Below the pieces are notes generated by a model that ran no database searches, was not told where the DNA came from, and was given only the letters and a program-made list of their open reading frames with translations. Both the position numbers and the translations under genes were made by a program. A stretch of 64,000 nucleotides of DNA. It comes from an uncultured Thermoleophilia bacterium. GTDB taxonomy: Bacteria > Actinomycetota > Thermoleophilia > UBA2241. Shown here piece by piece: positions 9,933-20,606 of the stretch (the stretch's first letter is position 1; each line of letters opens with the position of its first letter). The DNA lies in NCBI GenBank assembly GCA_963715985.1, contig CAVQSP010000020.1, forward strand, positions 192,001-256,000, written 5' to 3'.

Positions 9933-11323
9933 TCGCAGCTCAGCCGGTGCGCGACGCGCACGAGGGCCAGGGTGTCAAGACCGCAGTACTCCAGCAGTGC
10001 GGCGCGCACCTCCGCGCGCCGCTCCGGCGTTGTGCCCGGGGCGATGGCCTCGTGAAACGCCGCCTGCGCCGAGAGCCCGTCCTGGACGTCGCCGAGCTGG
10101 GCGTGGTCGAGGTCGGCGTCCACGGTGGGCAGCACCACCTTGAGCGAGTAGGAGCCGTTGAGCGCCGGGTGCGTGTAGTGGTCGCGCGTCAGGCGCAGCA
10201 GGTCGACGAGCCGTCCGGTGATGCCCTCCAGCTGCGGCGAGAGGTCCGGGAACATGCGCGCCGTCTCCACCAGGCGCCACTTCTCGAAGTCGTGATACAC
10301 GAAGATGGGCCCGTCGTCGCCGAGCGCAGCGATGAGCGACTCTGCCGCCGCCCGCATCGGCGCGGCGCCGCTCGTGTCCAGGAACTCCTGGTGCCTGAGG
10401 GACCCGTCCGCGTCCTCGCTGTGGCACGACCACTGGAAGACGAGCTGCTGGAAGGGGCTCGTGCCCTCCCAGATCGGCACTGCGAACTGCACGGTCTCGA
10501 AATCCAGGTAGTGGCGCGGGTAGGGCATCGTGGCGAGGAACTCCGTGGCCGCCGGATCGAGCTCGCCCAGCGAGATGTCGATGGGCTCGGGCTCGCAGGG
10601 CTCCGCCAGCTCGAGCTCGCCCTCGGCGGCGCAGCGCAGCTTGCCCTCCTGTTCCTCGCAGTAGCGGAGGAACGGGCACTCGAAGGGGCGACGGCACTGC
10701 GGCCCCGTGCGGATGGCCGGCTGCGGCCCCGCGAGAAGCTCGTTGAACCCGCGCACCCAGCCGGGGATGTGCGCCATGAGCGGCCGCGCCTGGTCCGCCA
10801 CGGGGATCTCGCGCAGCAGGCCACGGTAGTCACCGCCGCCGGGATAGACGAAGTCGGTGTCGATGACCGCCACGCTCACCACGTCGAGGGGCACGCCGGC
10901 TCCCTCCGTGACCCACGCCTGGATGGCGACGTCCTGCAGGTGATACTCCTTGAGGCGCGTGGCCGACTTGACCTCCACCATGCGGCAGCGGCCGTCCTTG
11001 CGCTCCAGCACGTCCGCGCGGATCAGGACACCGCGGTGGCGGAAGGTGGCCTCATACAGCGTGACGTCGCCCGGCCGCGCCAGCACCTCCTCGGTCTCCC
11101 GCAGAGCCCGGCTGAGGCCGCCGTCGCCGTCGATGAGGATCCCGCCCGGGTAGAGGTCGCGAGCCACCTCGCCCACCTCGTGGCCGGCGGCGAAGCGCCG
11201 CTGCGTGTCCGCGGTGTACACCTCGGCCTCGGGGCGATGGATGGCCAGCCACAGACGCTTGCCGCATTGCAGGCCGGCGGTGATGCGGGACTTGGAGAGT
11301 CGGAAGGTACGCACTCCGTGCAT
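9929..11323 (-). CDS. DUF2779-containing protein (PD-(D/E)xK-like nuclease + RNase H-like domain)
   Basis: LSKSR..GLQC.K.LWL; RADVL...EVKS; LDFET, FQWS.H, GSYSLK.VLP, LLEYC.LDT. Confidence 0.85.
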   Translation of the reverse strand: MHGVRTFRLSKSRITAGLQCGKRLWLAIHRPEAEVYTADTQRRFAAGHEVGEVARDLYPGGILIDGDGGLSRALRETEEVLARPGDVTLYEATFRHRGVLIRADVLERKDGRCRMVEVKSATRLKEYHLQDVAIQAWVTEGAGVPLDVVSVAVIDTDFVYPGGGDYRGLLREIPVADQARPLMAHIPGWVRGFNELLAGPQPAIRTGPQCRRPFECPFLRYCEEQEGKLRCAAEGELELAEPCEPEPIDISLGELDPAATEFLATMPYPRHYLDFETVQFAVPIWEGTSPFQQLVFQWSCHSEDADGSLRHQEFLDTSGAAPMRAAAESLIAALGDDGPIFVYHDFEKWRLVETARMFPDLSPQLEGITGRLVDLLRLTRDHYTHPALNGSYSLKVVLPTVDADLDHAQLGDVQDGLSAQAAFHEAIAPGTTPERRAEVRAALLEYCGLDTLALVRVAHRLSCE

Positions 11324-11409
11324 TCTACCTTGCCGGAGGCTCGCGGGCCTCCGGCGAGCCCGGAAGACAGGCGAAGGCGCCGTCCGGGCGCTGTGGTAGG
11401 GTCGCCGCC

Positions 11410-12600
11410 ATGAGGCTTATCCACACGGCGGACTGGCATCTCGGCCGGCTCTTCCACAACGTCCACCTGACCGCCGACCAGGAGCACGTGCTCCTCCAGC
11501 TCGTGGACCTGGTGGCAGAGGTCGAGCCGGCCGCCGTCATCGTCGCCGGCGACCTGTACGACCGCGCGGTGCCCCCCACGGAGGCCGTGGGGCTGCTGGA
11601 CCACGTGCTCGCCGAGATCGTGATCGGCAAGCACGTGCCCGTGGTGGCCATCGCCGGCAACCACGACAGCGCCGTGCGCGTCGGCTTCGCGTCGGCGCTG
11701 CTCCGCGAACGCGGCCTGCACTTGGCCGGCGAGCTGCCGCAGGCGGCCTCGCCGGTGGTGCTGCGCGACGAGCACGGCCCGCTCCACCTTCACTCCCTGC
11801 CCTACGCCGACGCCGCCGAAGCGCGCTTCGCCTACGGCGACGACACCATCCACGACCAGGAGGCCGTCGCCGCAGCCGGTGTCGCGAGGGCGCTCGCGGC
11901 CACGCCGCCCGGCGAGCGGCGCGTGGCCGTGGCGCACGCCTTCGTGGCCGGCTCAGTGGAGAGCGAGAGCGAGCGCCCGCTCAGCGTGGGCGGCGCCACC
12001 CAGGTGCCGGCGGCCGTCTTCGACGGCTTCGACTACGTGGCGCTCGGGCACTTGCACCGCCCGCAGCGCTGCGGCGCCGACGCCGTGCGGTACGCCGGCT
12101 CGCTGCTCAAGTACTCCTTCGCCGAGCACGACCACCACAAGTCGGTGAGCGTGGTGGACATCGGCGCACCCGGCAGCGCCGGCGGTGAGGCGGGGGCCGC
12201 GGGCCGCGCCCGTGTCACGGTCGAGACGGTGGAGCTCGCCCCTCTTCGCGACGTGCGCCGGTTGCAGGGCACGCTCGACCAGCTCATCGCGCAGGGGCGT
12301 GACGACCCTCGCCGTGACGACTACGTGCAGGCCTCGCTGCTCGACCGCGGCGCCCTGCTCGACCCCATCGGGCGCCTGCGCGAGGCCTACCCCAACACGC
12401 TCGCCATCGAACGCCCCCTCTACGAGGTCGCCGGCCCCGAGGGCGAGCGGCGGCCACGCCCGGGCTCCGCGGGCGACGTCGAGCTCTTCGACGCCTTCCT
12501 CAGCTACGCCACCGGGGAGCCTCTGGACGGCGCCCAGGCCGCGGCGTTCACGCGCGTCGTGGACGCGCTAGAGCGCCGCCGGCGGGAGGGCGCCCCGTGA
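11410..12600 (+). CDS. sbcD: Exonuclease SbcCD subunit D
   Basis: HTADWHLG, AGDLYD, AGNHDS, ALGHLH, YAGSLLKYSF. Confidence 0.95.
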   Translation: MRLIHTADWHLGRLFHNVHLTADQEHVLLQLVDLVAEVEPAAVIVAGDLYDRAVPPTEAVGLLDHVLAEIVIGKHVPVVAIAGNHDSAVRVGFASALLRERGLHLAGELPQAASPVVLRDEHGPLHLHSLPYADAAEARFAYGDDTIHDQEAVAAAGVARALAATPPGERRVAVAHAFVAGSVESESERPLSVGGATQVPAAVFDGFDYVALGHLHRPQRCGADAVRYAGSLLKYSFAEHDHHKSVSVVDIGAPGSAGGEAGAAGRARVTVETVELAPLRDVRRLQGTLDQLIAQGRDDPRRDDYVQASLLDRGALLDPIGRLREAYPNTLAIERPLYEVAGPEGERRPRPGSAGDVELFDAFLSYATGEPLDGAQAAAFTRVVDALERRRREGAP

Positions 12601-15327
12601 GGCCCCTCCGCGTCGCCATGGAGGCGTTCGGCCCCTACGCCGGCCGGCAGGTCCTCGACTTCGCCGACCTGCACGGCCGCGGCTTCTTCCTCATCACCGG
12701 GACCACCGGCTCCGGCAAGACCACCGTGCTCGACGCCATGTCGTTCGCGCTGTACGGCGTCACCAGCGGCGGCCCTGAGAGCGAGGGCGGCCGCTCCGGC
12801 GCGTCCATGCGCAGCGACCACGCCGACCCGGGCCTGCTCACGCGCGTGGTCTTCGACTTCGCCCTCGGCGCCGACCTGTACCGCATCGTCCGGGAGCCCG
12901 AGCAGGAGCGTCCCAAGGCGCGCGGCGAGGGCACCACCACTCATGGGCAGACCGCCACCATCTGGCGGCTGCGCCGCGCCGGACCAGACGGGGACGGGCC
13001 GGGCGGCGGTCCCGGGGGGACAGACGCCAACGGGCCGGGCGGCAGCCACGGCGGCGGCGCGCAGGCCGCCGCCGGTCCCGAGGACGGCGGCACGCTCGCC
13101 GAGGAGGGCAAGCCCCTCGCCACCGGCTGGACGAGGGTGAGCGCAGAGGCGGAGCGGCTGCTGGGCTTTCGCAGCGAGCAGTTCCGCCAGGTCGTCATGC
13201 TGCCGCAGGGACGCTTCCAGAAGCTCCTCGAAGCGGACTCGAAGGAGCGCGAAGCCATCCTGCGCGCCCTCTTCGACACCGGCCACTACAGCCTCATCGA
13301 GCAGACGCTCAAGGACGAGGCGGCCACACTGCGCAAGGCCGCCGAGAAGATCGGCATCCGGCGACAGGAGATCCTGCACCAATCCGGAGCCGAGACGGTC
13401 GACGGCCTCGCGGAGCGCCGCGCGCTGCTGGCCGTGGAGGCCGGCGAGGCCGACGCCGGCGCGCTGCGCGCGGAGGCGGCGCGGGACCGCGCTCAGGCGG
13501 AGCTGGCCGGCGGGCGCGATGCGGCGGCGCGGCTTGCGGAGCTGGACGGAGCCACGGCTGCGGCGGCGGCAGTCCACGCCGGCGCCGGCGCCGTGGCCGA
13601 ACAGCGGCGCCGGCGCGACGAGGCCGAGCGCGCGGCCGCGCTCTCCGACGCGTACCGGCGCGCCGCCACCGCCAGGTCGCGCCTCACCGAGCGTCGCGCC
13701 ACCTCCGTCGCCGCCCAGGCCGACCATGCGGCTCGCGCCGAGGCGCTGCGGGTCGCCGTGGCCGCCCTGGCCCGGCAGGAGGAGCGCGCGCCCGAGCGCG
13801 AGGCGGTCGATGCGGACGTGCTGCGGCTCAAGAGCATGGTGGGCGCCACCGCCGGCCTGGCAGAGGCGCGCGCAGCTGCCCGACGGACGGAAGCCCGCCT
13901 GGCGACGGCGCGCGACGACGCCGGCGCCGCCGATGCGGCTTGGCGCCAGGCACAGCACGAGGCCGAGCGCGCCGACGCCCTGTTGCGCGAGGCTCACGCC
14001 GGACTGCTGGCACACGAGCTCCGCGACGGTGAGCCCTGCCCGGTCTGCGGCGCCCGCGAGCATCCGGCGCCTGCCGCCCTGCCGGCGGAGACGCCCGCGG
14101 CCGCTGAGGTCGAGGCGTTGCGCGGCCGCGCCGACGAGCTCCTGCGGGCGCGAGACGCGGCCGCAGCCGTGCTGCACGCGGCGGAGGCGGAGCTGGCCGC
14201 GGAGACCGCCAGAGTGGCCGAGCGAGAGAAGGCCGCGCCGCCGGAGTTCGCCGATCCCGCGGCGCTGGCGGCGGCCGTCGCTAGCCGCGGAGCAGCGCGC
14301 GGCGTCCCTCGCGGTCGAGCACCGCGCCGCGGCCGACGCGGCCCGCACCGCGGAGGCGGCCGCCGCCGCGGCCGAGTCGTGGGCGGCGTCCGCGGCGGAC
14401 GAGCTCGCGCGAGCGGAGGCAGAGGAGGCTGAGGCCACGGCCGAGTTCGCCACGCGCCTCTCCGGCGCCGGCTTCGACGACGAAGCCGCGCTCACCGCGG
14501 CCACCCTGGAGCCAGACGAGATCCGGCGCCTGCGTGCCGCCGTGGAGGCACACGAGCAGGCCAGCATCGAGACCGCCGAACGGCTGCGCCTCGCGACCGC
14601 CGCCGCCGCGGGTGTCACGGCCCCGCATCTGGACGCGCTCATTGCGGCCGCCGAGACGGCGGCGGAGACCGCGCGGGTGCAGCGCACCTCCGCCGCCGGA
14701 CTCGCCGCCGACGCCGACGCGGCCACGCGCTTCCTCGACAGCCTCGAGACGCTCGCCGGCGAGGCCCAGTCGCTCGACGAGCGCTACGCCGTGCTCGGTC
14801 GCCTCGCCGACGTGGCCAACGGCGCCAATCCGCGCCACCTCTCGTTTCAGCGCTACGTGCTGGGCGCCTTCCTCGACGACGTGCTGGTGGCCGCATCGCA
14901 GCGCCTCCACGTCATGACCAAAGGCCGCTATCGCCTCGAACGCACCGAACGCCGCTTCGGCGGCAGGGCGGCGGCCGGGCTGAACCTCGAGGTCTACGAC
15001 GCCTGGACAGGGGCAACCCGCCCCGTCTCCACGCTCTCCGGCGGCGAGACGTTCATGGCTGCGCTGTCGCTGGCCCTGGGGCTGGCCGAGGTCGTCCAGG
15101 CCCACGCCGGCGGCATCCGCCTCGAGACGGTGTTCGTCGACGAGGGCTTCGGATCTCTCGACGACGAGTCCCTGGACCTCGCCGTGGACACACTCATGAG
15201 CCTGCACGAGGGCGGACGGCTGGTCGGCATCATCTCGCACGTCAGCGAGCTGCGGGAGCGCGTGGACGCGCGGCTCGAGGTCACCGCCGGCAAGCGCGGC
15301 AGCTCCGCGCGCTTCGTCGTGCCCTGA
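12597..15327 (+). CDS. sbcC: Exonuclease SbcCD subunit C (SMC/Rad50 ATPase); frameshift near 14283
   Basis: GTTGSGKTT, LPQGRF, CPVCG zinc hook; LSGGE and FVDEGFGSLD in a second frame. Confidence 0.9.
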
Positions 15328-15362
15328 CCTTCACGGCGCCCCTTGCGGGGCGCCTCCGCCTC

Positions 15363-15660
15363 TCAGCGCTTCACGGCGATGACTGGCGACGCCGTCGGCC
15401 CCGACAGGACGCTGCTTGAGGTCCTGCGTGGCCCCCTCGGTGATCCAGACCACGTGCGGCACGCCTGTGGGATCGCGAGCCACGCGCGGCTGCACGAGCA
15501 GCGAGCCGACGGGGCCGCTGAGGTCGGTCCAGACGCCGGGTCCGCCGGCGCGCGCCGCGGGCGCCGCGGTGACGAGCGCCAGGAGCGCCGCAAGCACCAG
15601 CGCGATGGATGCCGCCACGAGGTCGAGGGGACGGATGCCATGCGCACCTCTGCTGCTCAT
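15363..15660 (-). pseudogene. Truncated secreted protein remnant
   Basis: GGAGAGGAG SD, signal peptide (LVLAALLALVTAAPAARA), then about 55 aa before the frame degenerates. Confidence 0.45.
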
Positions 15661-15795
15661 GGCTCTCCTCTCCGAAAGTGGAACGCCGGCCCCGGCGCCA
15701 GCTGAGCGTTCGTGCCCCCGGCCGGCGCAGACCTCAACCTCACGCCACCGGCGGCGTAGAATCGGCTCGTCCGCACCGCCGACCCAGGAGATCAC

Positions 15796-16539
15796 ATGGC
15801 CGCGAGCGCCGTCCCGGACCCCACCGCCCTCGTCAGCGCGCTCGACCTGCGCACGCCTCTCATCGGCCTGTACGACGCGCCCGACCCCGACGCCTTCGCG
15901 CCACTCGTCACCCCCGCCAAGGGGGCGCGTCGCGGCCAGTGCCTGTTCCACTTCTACCGGCGCTGGGAGAAGGGCGAGACGCTGCACCTCACGGCCGACA
16001 ACTTCGGCTGTGGCGGCTGCGGGCGCAGCCTGTTCGGCGTGATGTTCAGGGACCGCGACGACTTCATCGACTTCCTGTGGAAGGACGAGGGCCTGCGCGC
16101 GACCCGTGAGCTGATGGCCACCTACGTGGACAACGCGCCGACGTACCGGCCCACCCACCCGCACGTGCTCGTGGGACCGCTGCGCGACGACCACGCCGAC
16201 TGCCTCAAGACGGTCACGTTCTGGGTGAACGCGGACCAGCTGAGCGTGCTCCAGCACGGCGCCTACCACCACCAGGCCTGGGGCGACCCCGACCCCGTCA
16301 CCGTCCCCTTCGGGTCGGGCTGCTCGGAGCTCGTGGTGCCCTTCCGCGACCTCGACCGGCCGCAGGCCGTGATCGGCGGCACGGACGTGGCGATGCGCGA
16401 CGGCCTGCCGGCGGGCGTGCTGGCCTTCACCGTCACCGTGCCCATGTTCGCCCAGCTCTGTGCGCTGGGTGCGGACAGCTTCCTCGGCAAGGGCTTCCTG
16501 AAGCACTTGCGCACGGCGCGGGGCGGATCACTCGGCTGA
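15796..16539 (+). CDS. DUF169 family protein
   Basis: CLF, GCGGCG, PFGSGCS, AVIGGTD...FTV pattern; AGGAG SD. Confidence 0.75.
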   Translation: MAASAVPDPTALVSALDLRTPLIGLYDAPDPDAFAPLVTPAKGARRGQCLFHFYRRWEKGETLHLTADNFGCGGCGRSLFGVMFRDRDDFIDFLWKDEGLRATRELMATYVDNAPTYRPTHPHVLVGPLRDDHADCLKTVTFWVNADQLSVLQHGAYHHQAWGDPDPVTVPFGSGCSELVVPFRDLDRPQAVIGGTDVAMRDGLPAGVLAFTVTVPMFAQLCALGADSFLGKGFLKHLRTARGGSLG

Positions 16540-16624
16540 GACGCGGCGGGTGTGGGGCCTCCGCCGAGCGCGGGGCCCTCCGCCGGACGCTGGCCGCGTC
16601 CCCGCACTCCGATAGAATCGCGCC

Positions 16625-16921
16625 ATGACGCGCCGCGAAGCCCTCCGCCGCCTGGCCCGCAACCGTGACAAGCTGCGCACGCTGGCCGTGCGGCACATCG
16701 CCGTCTTCGGCTCCACGGCCCGCGACCAGGCCACGGTGCACTCGGACGTGGACATCCTCGTGGAGTTCGAGCCGGGGGCGCACGTGGGTCTCTTCGCCTT
16801 CGTGCGCCTGCTCGACTACCTGGGCGACATCATGGACACGCGCATCGACCTCGCGACACCCGATGCGCTCCGCCCCGAGATGCGCGACGAGATCCTCAGC
16901 GAGGCCGTCCGTGCCTTCTGA
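16625..16921 (+). CDS. Minimal nucleotidyltransferase (MNT) antitoxin
   Basis: FGSTARDQATVHSDVDILVEF (GSx10DxD). Confidence 0.9.
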   Translation: MTRREALRRLARNRDKLRTLAVRHIAVFGSTARDQATVHSDVDILVEFEPGAHVGLFAFVRLLDYLGDIMDTRIDLATPDALRPEMRDEILSEAVRAF

Positions 16922-16975
16922 CCCGCCCGGCTCTCGCGACCGCCGCAGCCCGGCTACCTCGAGCGCGAGGCCAAG

Positions 16976-17314
16976 CTGCGCTTTCGCGACTGGCGCTTCC
17001 GCGTACGCGATATCCTCGCGGCCGTCGAGGCCGTGGGCCGCTACACCGACGGCATGACCTACGACCAGTTCGTCGCCGACCAGCGTACGGCCGACGCCGT
17101 GGTCCGCAACCTCATGACGATGGGCGAGTCCATCCGCTGGATCCCGGAGCCCATCCTGGACGCACACCCGGAGGTGCCCTGGCGCATCATGCGCGCCGTG
17201 CGCAACGTGGTGGTGCACGAGTACTTCGGCATCGACGCGCACATCCTGTGGGAGACGGTGCGCGGGGACCTGCCCCCGCTCGTGCCGCGGCTCGAGGCCG
17301 TCCTCACATCGTGA
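16976..17314 (+). CDS. HEPN/DUF86 ribonuclease toxin (start uncertain)
   Basis: RDWRFRVRDIL...DAVVRNL...PEVPW...RNVVVHEY (Rx4HxY); frame open from CTG 16976. Confidence 0.85.
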   Translation: MRFRDWRFRVRDILAAVEAVGRYTDGMTYDQFVADQRTADAVVRNLMTMGESIRWIPEPILDAHPEVPWRIMRAVRNVVVHEYFGIDAHILWETVRGDLPPLVPRLEAVLTS

Positions 17315-17317
17315 CGC

Positions 17318-17361
17318 AGGTGCGGCAGGGCGGCCCGTCGCCGGGCCGCCCTGCCGCACCT
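17318..17361. terminator. Bidirectional hairpin between convergent genes
   Basis: 20-bp perfect stem AGGTGCGGCAGGGCGGCCCG/CGGGCCGCCCTGCCGCACCT. Confidence 0.65.
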
Positions 17362-17368
17362 CTGCCTG

Positions 17369-17995
17369 CTACTGCAGCCTGAAGTCGAGGTCCGCGTCGG
17401 AGAACAGCGTGGTCGCGTCCAGCGTCACGCCCAGCGCGTTCTGCACGGCGAGCACCCCCGCCGCCGTCAGTTTGAACTGGATGCCGTCGATGCTGACCGC
17501 CTTGCCCTGCTTGCTGAACGCGGGCGAGCTGGTCGAGGTCATGACGTCGGCACGCGTCACCGGAGCGTTGCCCACGGCGGCGCTGAGCACTATCGACGAG
17601 GGGCCGTTCACCACGACCCTCAGTCCGGTCAGGCGCAGCGTGGTGTTGTTGGCCACGTTGACGAAGCGGATGCCGCCCTTGTGGACGAAGGTGCCCTTCT
17701 TGGCCGCGAAGTCGAAGGTGCCGCCCTTGTCCATGGGCACGTTGAACCACCAGCTCAGGGCGTTCTCCCACACGAAGCGGAACGAGACCGGCGCGATGTT
17801 CACCATCGCGACGTTCTGGACGGTGAGCGCGGACACGCGCGCCTTGGGGATGCTGAGATGAGTGTCTCCACTCACGACCTTCTGCGCCTTGGCCGACGCC
17901 GGTCCGGCGGCCAGGGCCATGACCAGGACCATCAACGCCGCCAGCACGACGACCACGGTCACCGTCTTCTCAGGTCCCACACGTGACCCACCCAT
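17369..17995 (-). CDS. Secreted beta-rich protein (possibly HtaA-like fold)
   Basis: Signal peptide ending GPASA; GTFVHKGGIRF...KLTAAG; AGGAGG SD. Confidence 0.65.
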   Translation of the reverse strand: MGGSRVGPEKTVTVVVVLAALMVLVMALAAGPASAKAQKVVSGDTHLSIPKARVSALTVQNVAMVNIAPVSFRFVWENALSWWFNVPMDKGGTFDFAAKKGTFVHKGGIRFVNVANNTTLRLTGLRVVVNGPSSIVLSAAVGNAPVTRADVMTSTSSPAFSKQGKAVSIDGIQFKLTAAGVLAVQNALGVTLDATTLFSDADLDFRLQ

Positions 17996-18116
17996 ACCAG
18001 TACCTCCTGTCCCACGATGGACGTTCAAGACCAGGACCGCGGCGCCCGCCCGGCCAGCGGCGTATAGAATCGCACACATCCGCGGCGTACGGCCCGCGGA
18101 GCCCGAGGAGACCCGC

Positions 18117-19088
18117 GTGCAACCAGTCGCTCACGAACAGGTCCAGTATGCCACGCTCGGCTGGCGCGCGGTCGCGGTGATCATCGACACCCTCATCGTG
18201 CTCGTGGTGTCCTCCATCGTGATCGCCGTGCTGATGGCCACCGGCGTGCTGGACCTGGGCCTCTCGCAGGCGGCCACGCTCGAAGACATCGTCAACGCCA
18301 GCCGTTCGGCACCCGGCTGGCTCATGCCGGTGGAGTACGCGCTGGTCTTCGCCTACTTCACCCTGTTCGAGCTCTTCGGCACGACGCCGGGCAAGCGCGC
18401 GTTCCGGATGACGGTGTTGCGCGACGACGGCACGCGCGCCTCGCCCACGGCCGTGGTGGTCCGCAACCTCGTGCGCATCCCGGAGATGTACCTGCTCTAC
18501 CTGCCGTCGGCGGTGTCCTGCCTCGTCAGTCGGCGGCGGAAGCGCCTCGGCGACTTCGCGGCCCGCACCGTGGTGATGCGCAGCGCCCGCGTCCCTGCGG
18601 CCGGCCGCAGGCCGGGCGCCAGGGCCGCGTACCCGCAGCCACAGGCTGCGCCGACGGCCGCGGTGGCCGCGGTGGTGACCACACAGCCCGCCGGTCCCGC
18701 GAGCCTGGACGACGCCCTTGCGACCCTCAAGACGGCGGCCCTCGCGATGCACGGCGCCCACCTGAACTACCTCCGCTTCTCCGAGATCGAGCTGGCGCGC
18801 ACCGAGCCCGACCGCGCGCCGCACCCGGGCGAAGGCGAGGCCGCCTTCTCCCCCGGCTACGCCGCCGCCTGGTACACGCTCGCGGATGCCGTCGTCGCCC
18901 TCCGGCAGGCACACGCCGTCGCGCAGGCGGCAGCCGCTCACGCCGGCCTCGACCTGGCGACGGCCTGCGCCGACCAGCCCGACCTGGTCTACCTGTTCCA
19001 CCAGCTCGAGCCATACTTCGCGGCCGGGTCCGACGAGGACGTCCACGAGGCGTACCTGCGAGTGGCCCGCGCCGAGAGCGCGGGCTGA
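18117..19088 (+). CDS. RDD family membrane protein with C-terminal extension
   Basis: WRAVAVIIDT, TPGKR, VVRNL, RLGDFAARTVV. Confidence 0.85.
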   Translation: MQPVAHEQVQYATLGWRAVAVIIDTLIVLVVSSIVIAVLMATGVLDLGLSQAATLEDIVNASRSAPGWLMPVEYALVFAYFTLFELFGTTPGKRAFRMTVLRDDGTRASPTAVVVRNLVRIPEMYLLYLPSAVSCLVSRRRKRLGDFAARTVVMRSARVPAAGRRPGARAAYPQPQAAPTAAVAAVVTTQPAGPASLDDALATLKTAALAMHGAHLNYLRFSEIELARTEPDRAPHPGEGEAAFSPGYAAAWYTLADAVVALRQAHAVAQAAAAHAGLDLATACADQPDLVYLFHQLEPYFAAGSDEDVHEAYLRVARAESAG

Positions 19089-19323
19089 TCGCGGAGCCCG
19101 CCGCCGCCAGACCCCCGAACAGACGGTGGGCGGCGCCTTCCGGCGCCGCCCACCAACCAGGGGGTCGCTCGCGGTCCGTCCCGTCTTCGCCCTGTGGCGG
19201 CACGGTCCCGCCCCCATGTTGTCGGCACCGCCGGCGGCGAACATGAGCGCCGCCGTTGTGCTGTGGGCCGCGCCGCCCGCTGGAGTACGATGGGCACAGT
19301 GGAGGTCGACAGGGAGGGCAGCC

Positions 19324-20388
19324 ATGACCCGGCTCGCCACCGCGGCACGAGCTCTCGTGCGGGGCCGCATCATCGTGATCCTCGCGTTCTCCGTCGCCTG
19401 CCTCGCGCCCGCGCCGGCGGCGCAGGCGCGGCCGGCGGCTCCGGCCGTGTTCCCCGTCTGCATCGAGATGGGCGGGCAGGCCGGTCCCGACATCGCCGGC
19501 ACGGTGGTCGTGTGGACCGACAACCGCAACGGCGAGCTGGACATCTACGGCCGCGACGTGAGCAGGTCCGGCGACTTCACCGTGTGCACGGCGGCCGGAT
19601 CGCAGGACAACCCGGCCGTTGCCGCAGTCACCACCGGCTCCCGGACGGAGTACGTGGCCGTCTGGGTGGACAAGCGCAACCACGACGGCGGCGACATCTA
19701 CGGCCGTGACCTCACCACCCGCAAGAGCTTCGTCGTGGCGCGCAGCGCCACCCTGAAGTGGTTCCCGGAGATCTGCGATTCCTGGGTGGCGTGGATCGAG
19801 GCCGCCGACTCTGCCGGGCCGTACACGATCAGGGCCCGCGACCTCGCCGCCGGCAAGACGTACAAGATCGCCACCAGCACCGTGCTGAGCAGCTTCGGCC
19901 TGACGCGCCGCACGGTGGACGGCGTCACGGTCTACACCGCCGTCTACGCCTCGTCCGGCGGGGACATCAGCGGCCGCGACCTGCCGGACGGCGCGCCGTT
20001 CAACGTCTCCCGTTCCGCCGCGTTCGAGTGGAGCCCGGACATCAGCGCCAATCGCGTGGTGTGGTGGGGGGACGGTGAACGCATCTGGCTGAGGAATCTC
20101 AAGACGGGTACGCGCACCCTGGTCGGCACCGGCTCGCGGCCGCGCGTGGACGGCGAGCTCGTGGTGTGGGACGACGGCGGCCAGGGCGGCGGCTTCGTGA
20201 CCGAGTACAAGGACGGCGCCGTGATCTCGGTGCGCAACGTCGCGCACGGCACCAAGGTCGTGAAGATCAGCCAGCCGCACCTCACCTGCCTCTTCCCCGC
20301 GGTGAGCGGCGACACGGTGGTGTGGGAGTCCGGGCCGGCGCGCCGCGTGCTCTTGCACATCCACATCTACGGGGCACACGTGCACTGA
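19324..20388 (+). CDS. Secreted beta-propeller repeat protein (TolB-like)
   Basis: Signal peptide; repeats PDIAGTVVVWTDNRNGELDIYG / PAV..VWVDKRN..DIYG / PDISANRVVW. Confidence 0.75.
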   Translation: MTRLATAARALVRGRIIVILAFSVACLAPAPAAQARPAAPAVFPVCIEMGGQAGPDIAGTVVVWTDNRNGELDIYGRDVSRSGDFTVCTAAGSQDNPAVAAVTTGSRTEYVAVWVDKRNHDGGDIYGRDLTTRKSFVVARSATLKWFPEICDSWVAWIEAADSAGPYTIRARDLAAGKTYKIATSTVLSSFGLTRRTVDGVTVYTAVYASSGGDISGRDLPDGAPFNVSRSAAFEWSPDISANRVVWWGDGERIWLRNLKTGTRTLVGTGSRPRVDGELVVWDDGGQGGGFVTEYKDGAVISVRNVAHGTKVVKISQPHLTCLFPAVSGDTVVWESGPARRVLLHIHIYGAHVH

Positions 20389-20399
20389 ACGCTCTGGCG

Positions 20400-20545
20400 C
20401 GCAGGTCACCCTCGACTGCCGCCCGGCCACACCGCGGCTCCAGGCCTGCTTCGCGCAGGCGCCGCAGCATCAGCTCTACGTCGTCCTGGCTGTCCTCGAC
20501 GAACAGGATGCGGAGTCTCGCCGGGTCTCCGGTCGCCGGTCGCAT
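20400..20545 (-). pseudogene. Response regulator receiver N-terminal fragment
   Basis: LRILFVEDSQDDVELMLRRLREAG, then no phosphoacceptor Asp region; abuts the convergent gene. Confidence 0.55.
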
Positions 20546-20606
20546 GGCCGCATCGAGCCGGCTCACGACCCGGCCGCCCCGTCGTCGAGGGCGGGCGGGG
20601 CGGCCG

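Noticed and set aside
9929-11323. DUF2779 protein as Cas4 of a CRISPR locus
   Set aside because: Only a general PD-(D/E)xK resemblance; no cas1/cas2 or repeats.
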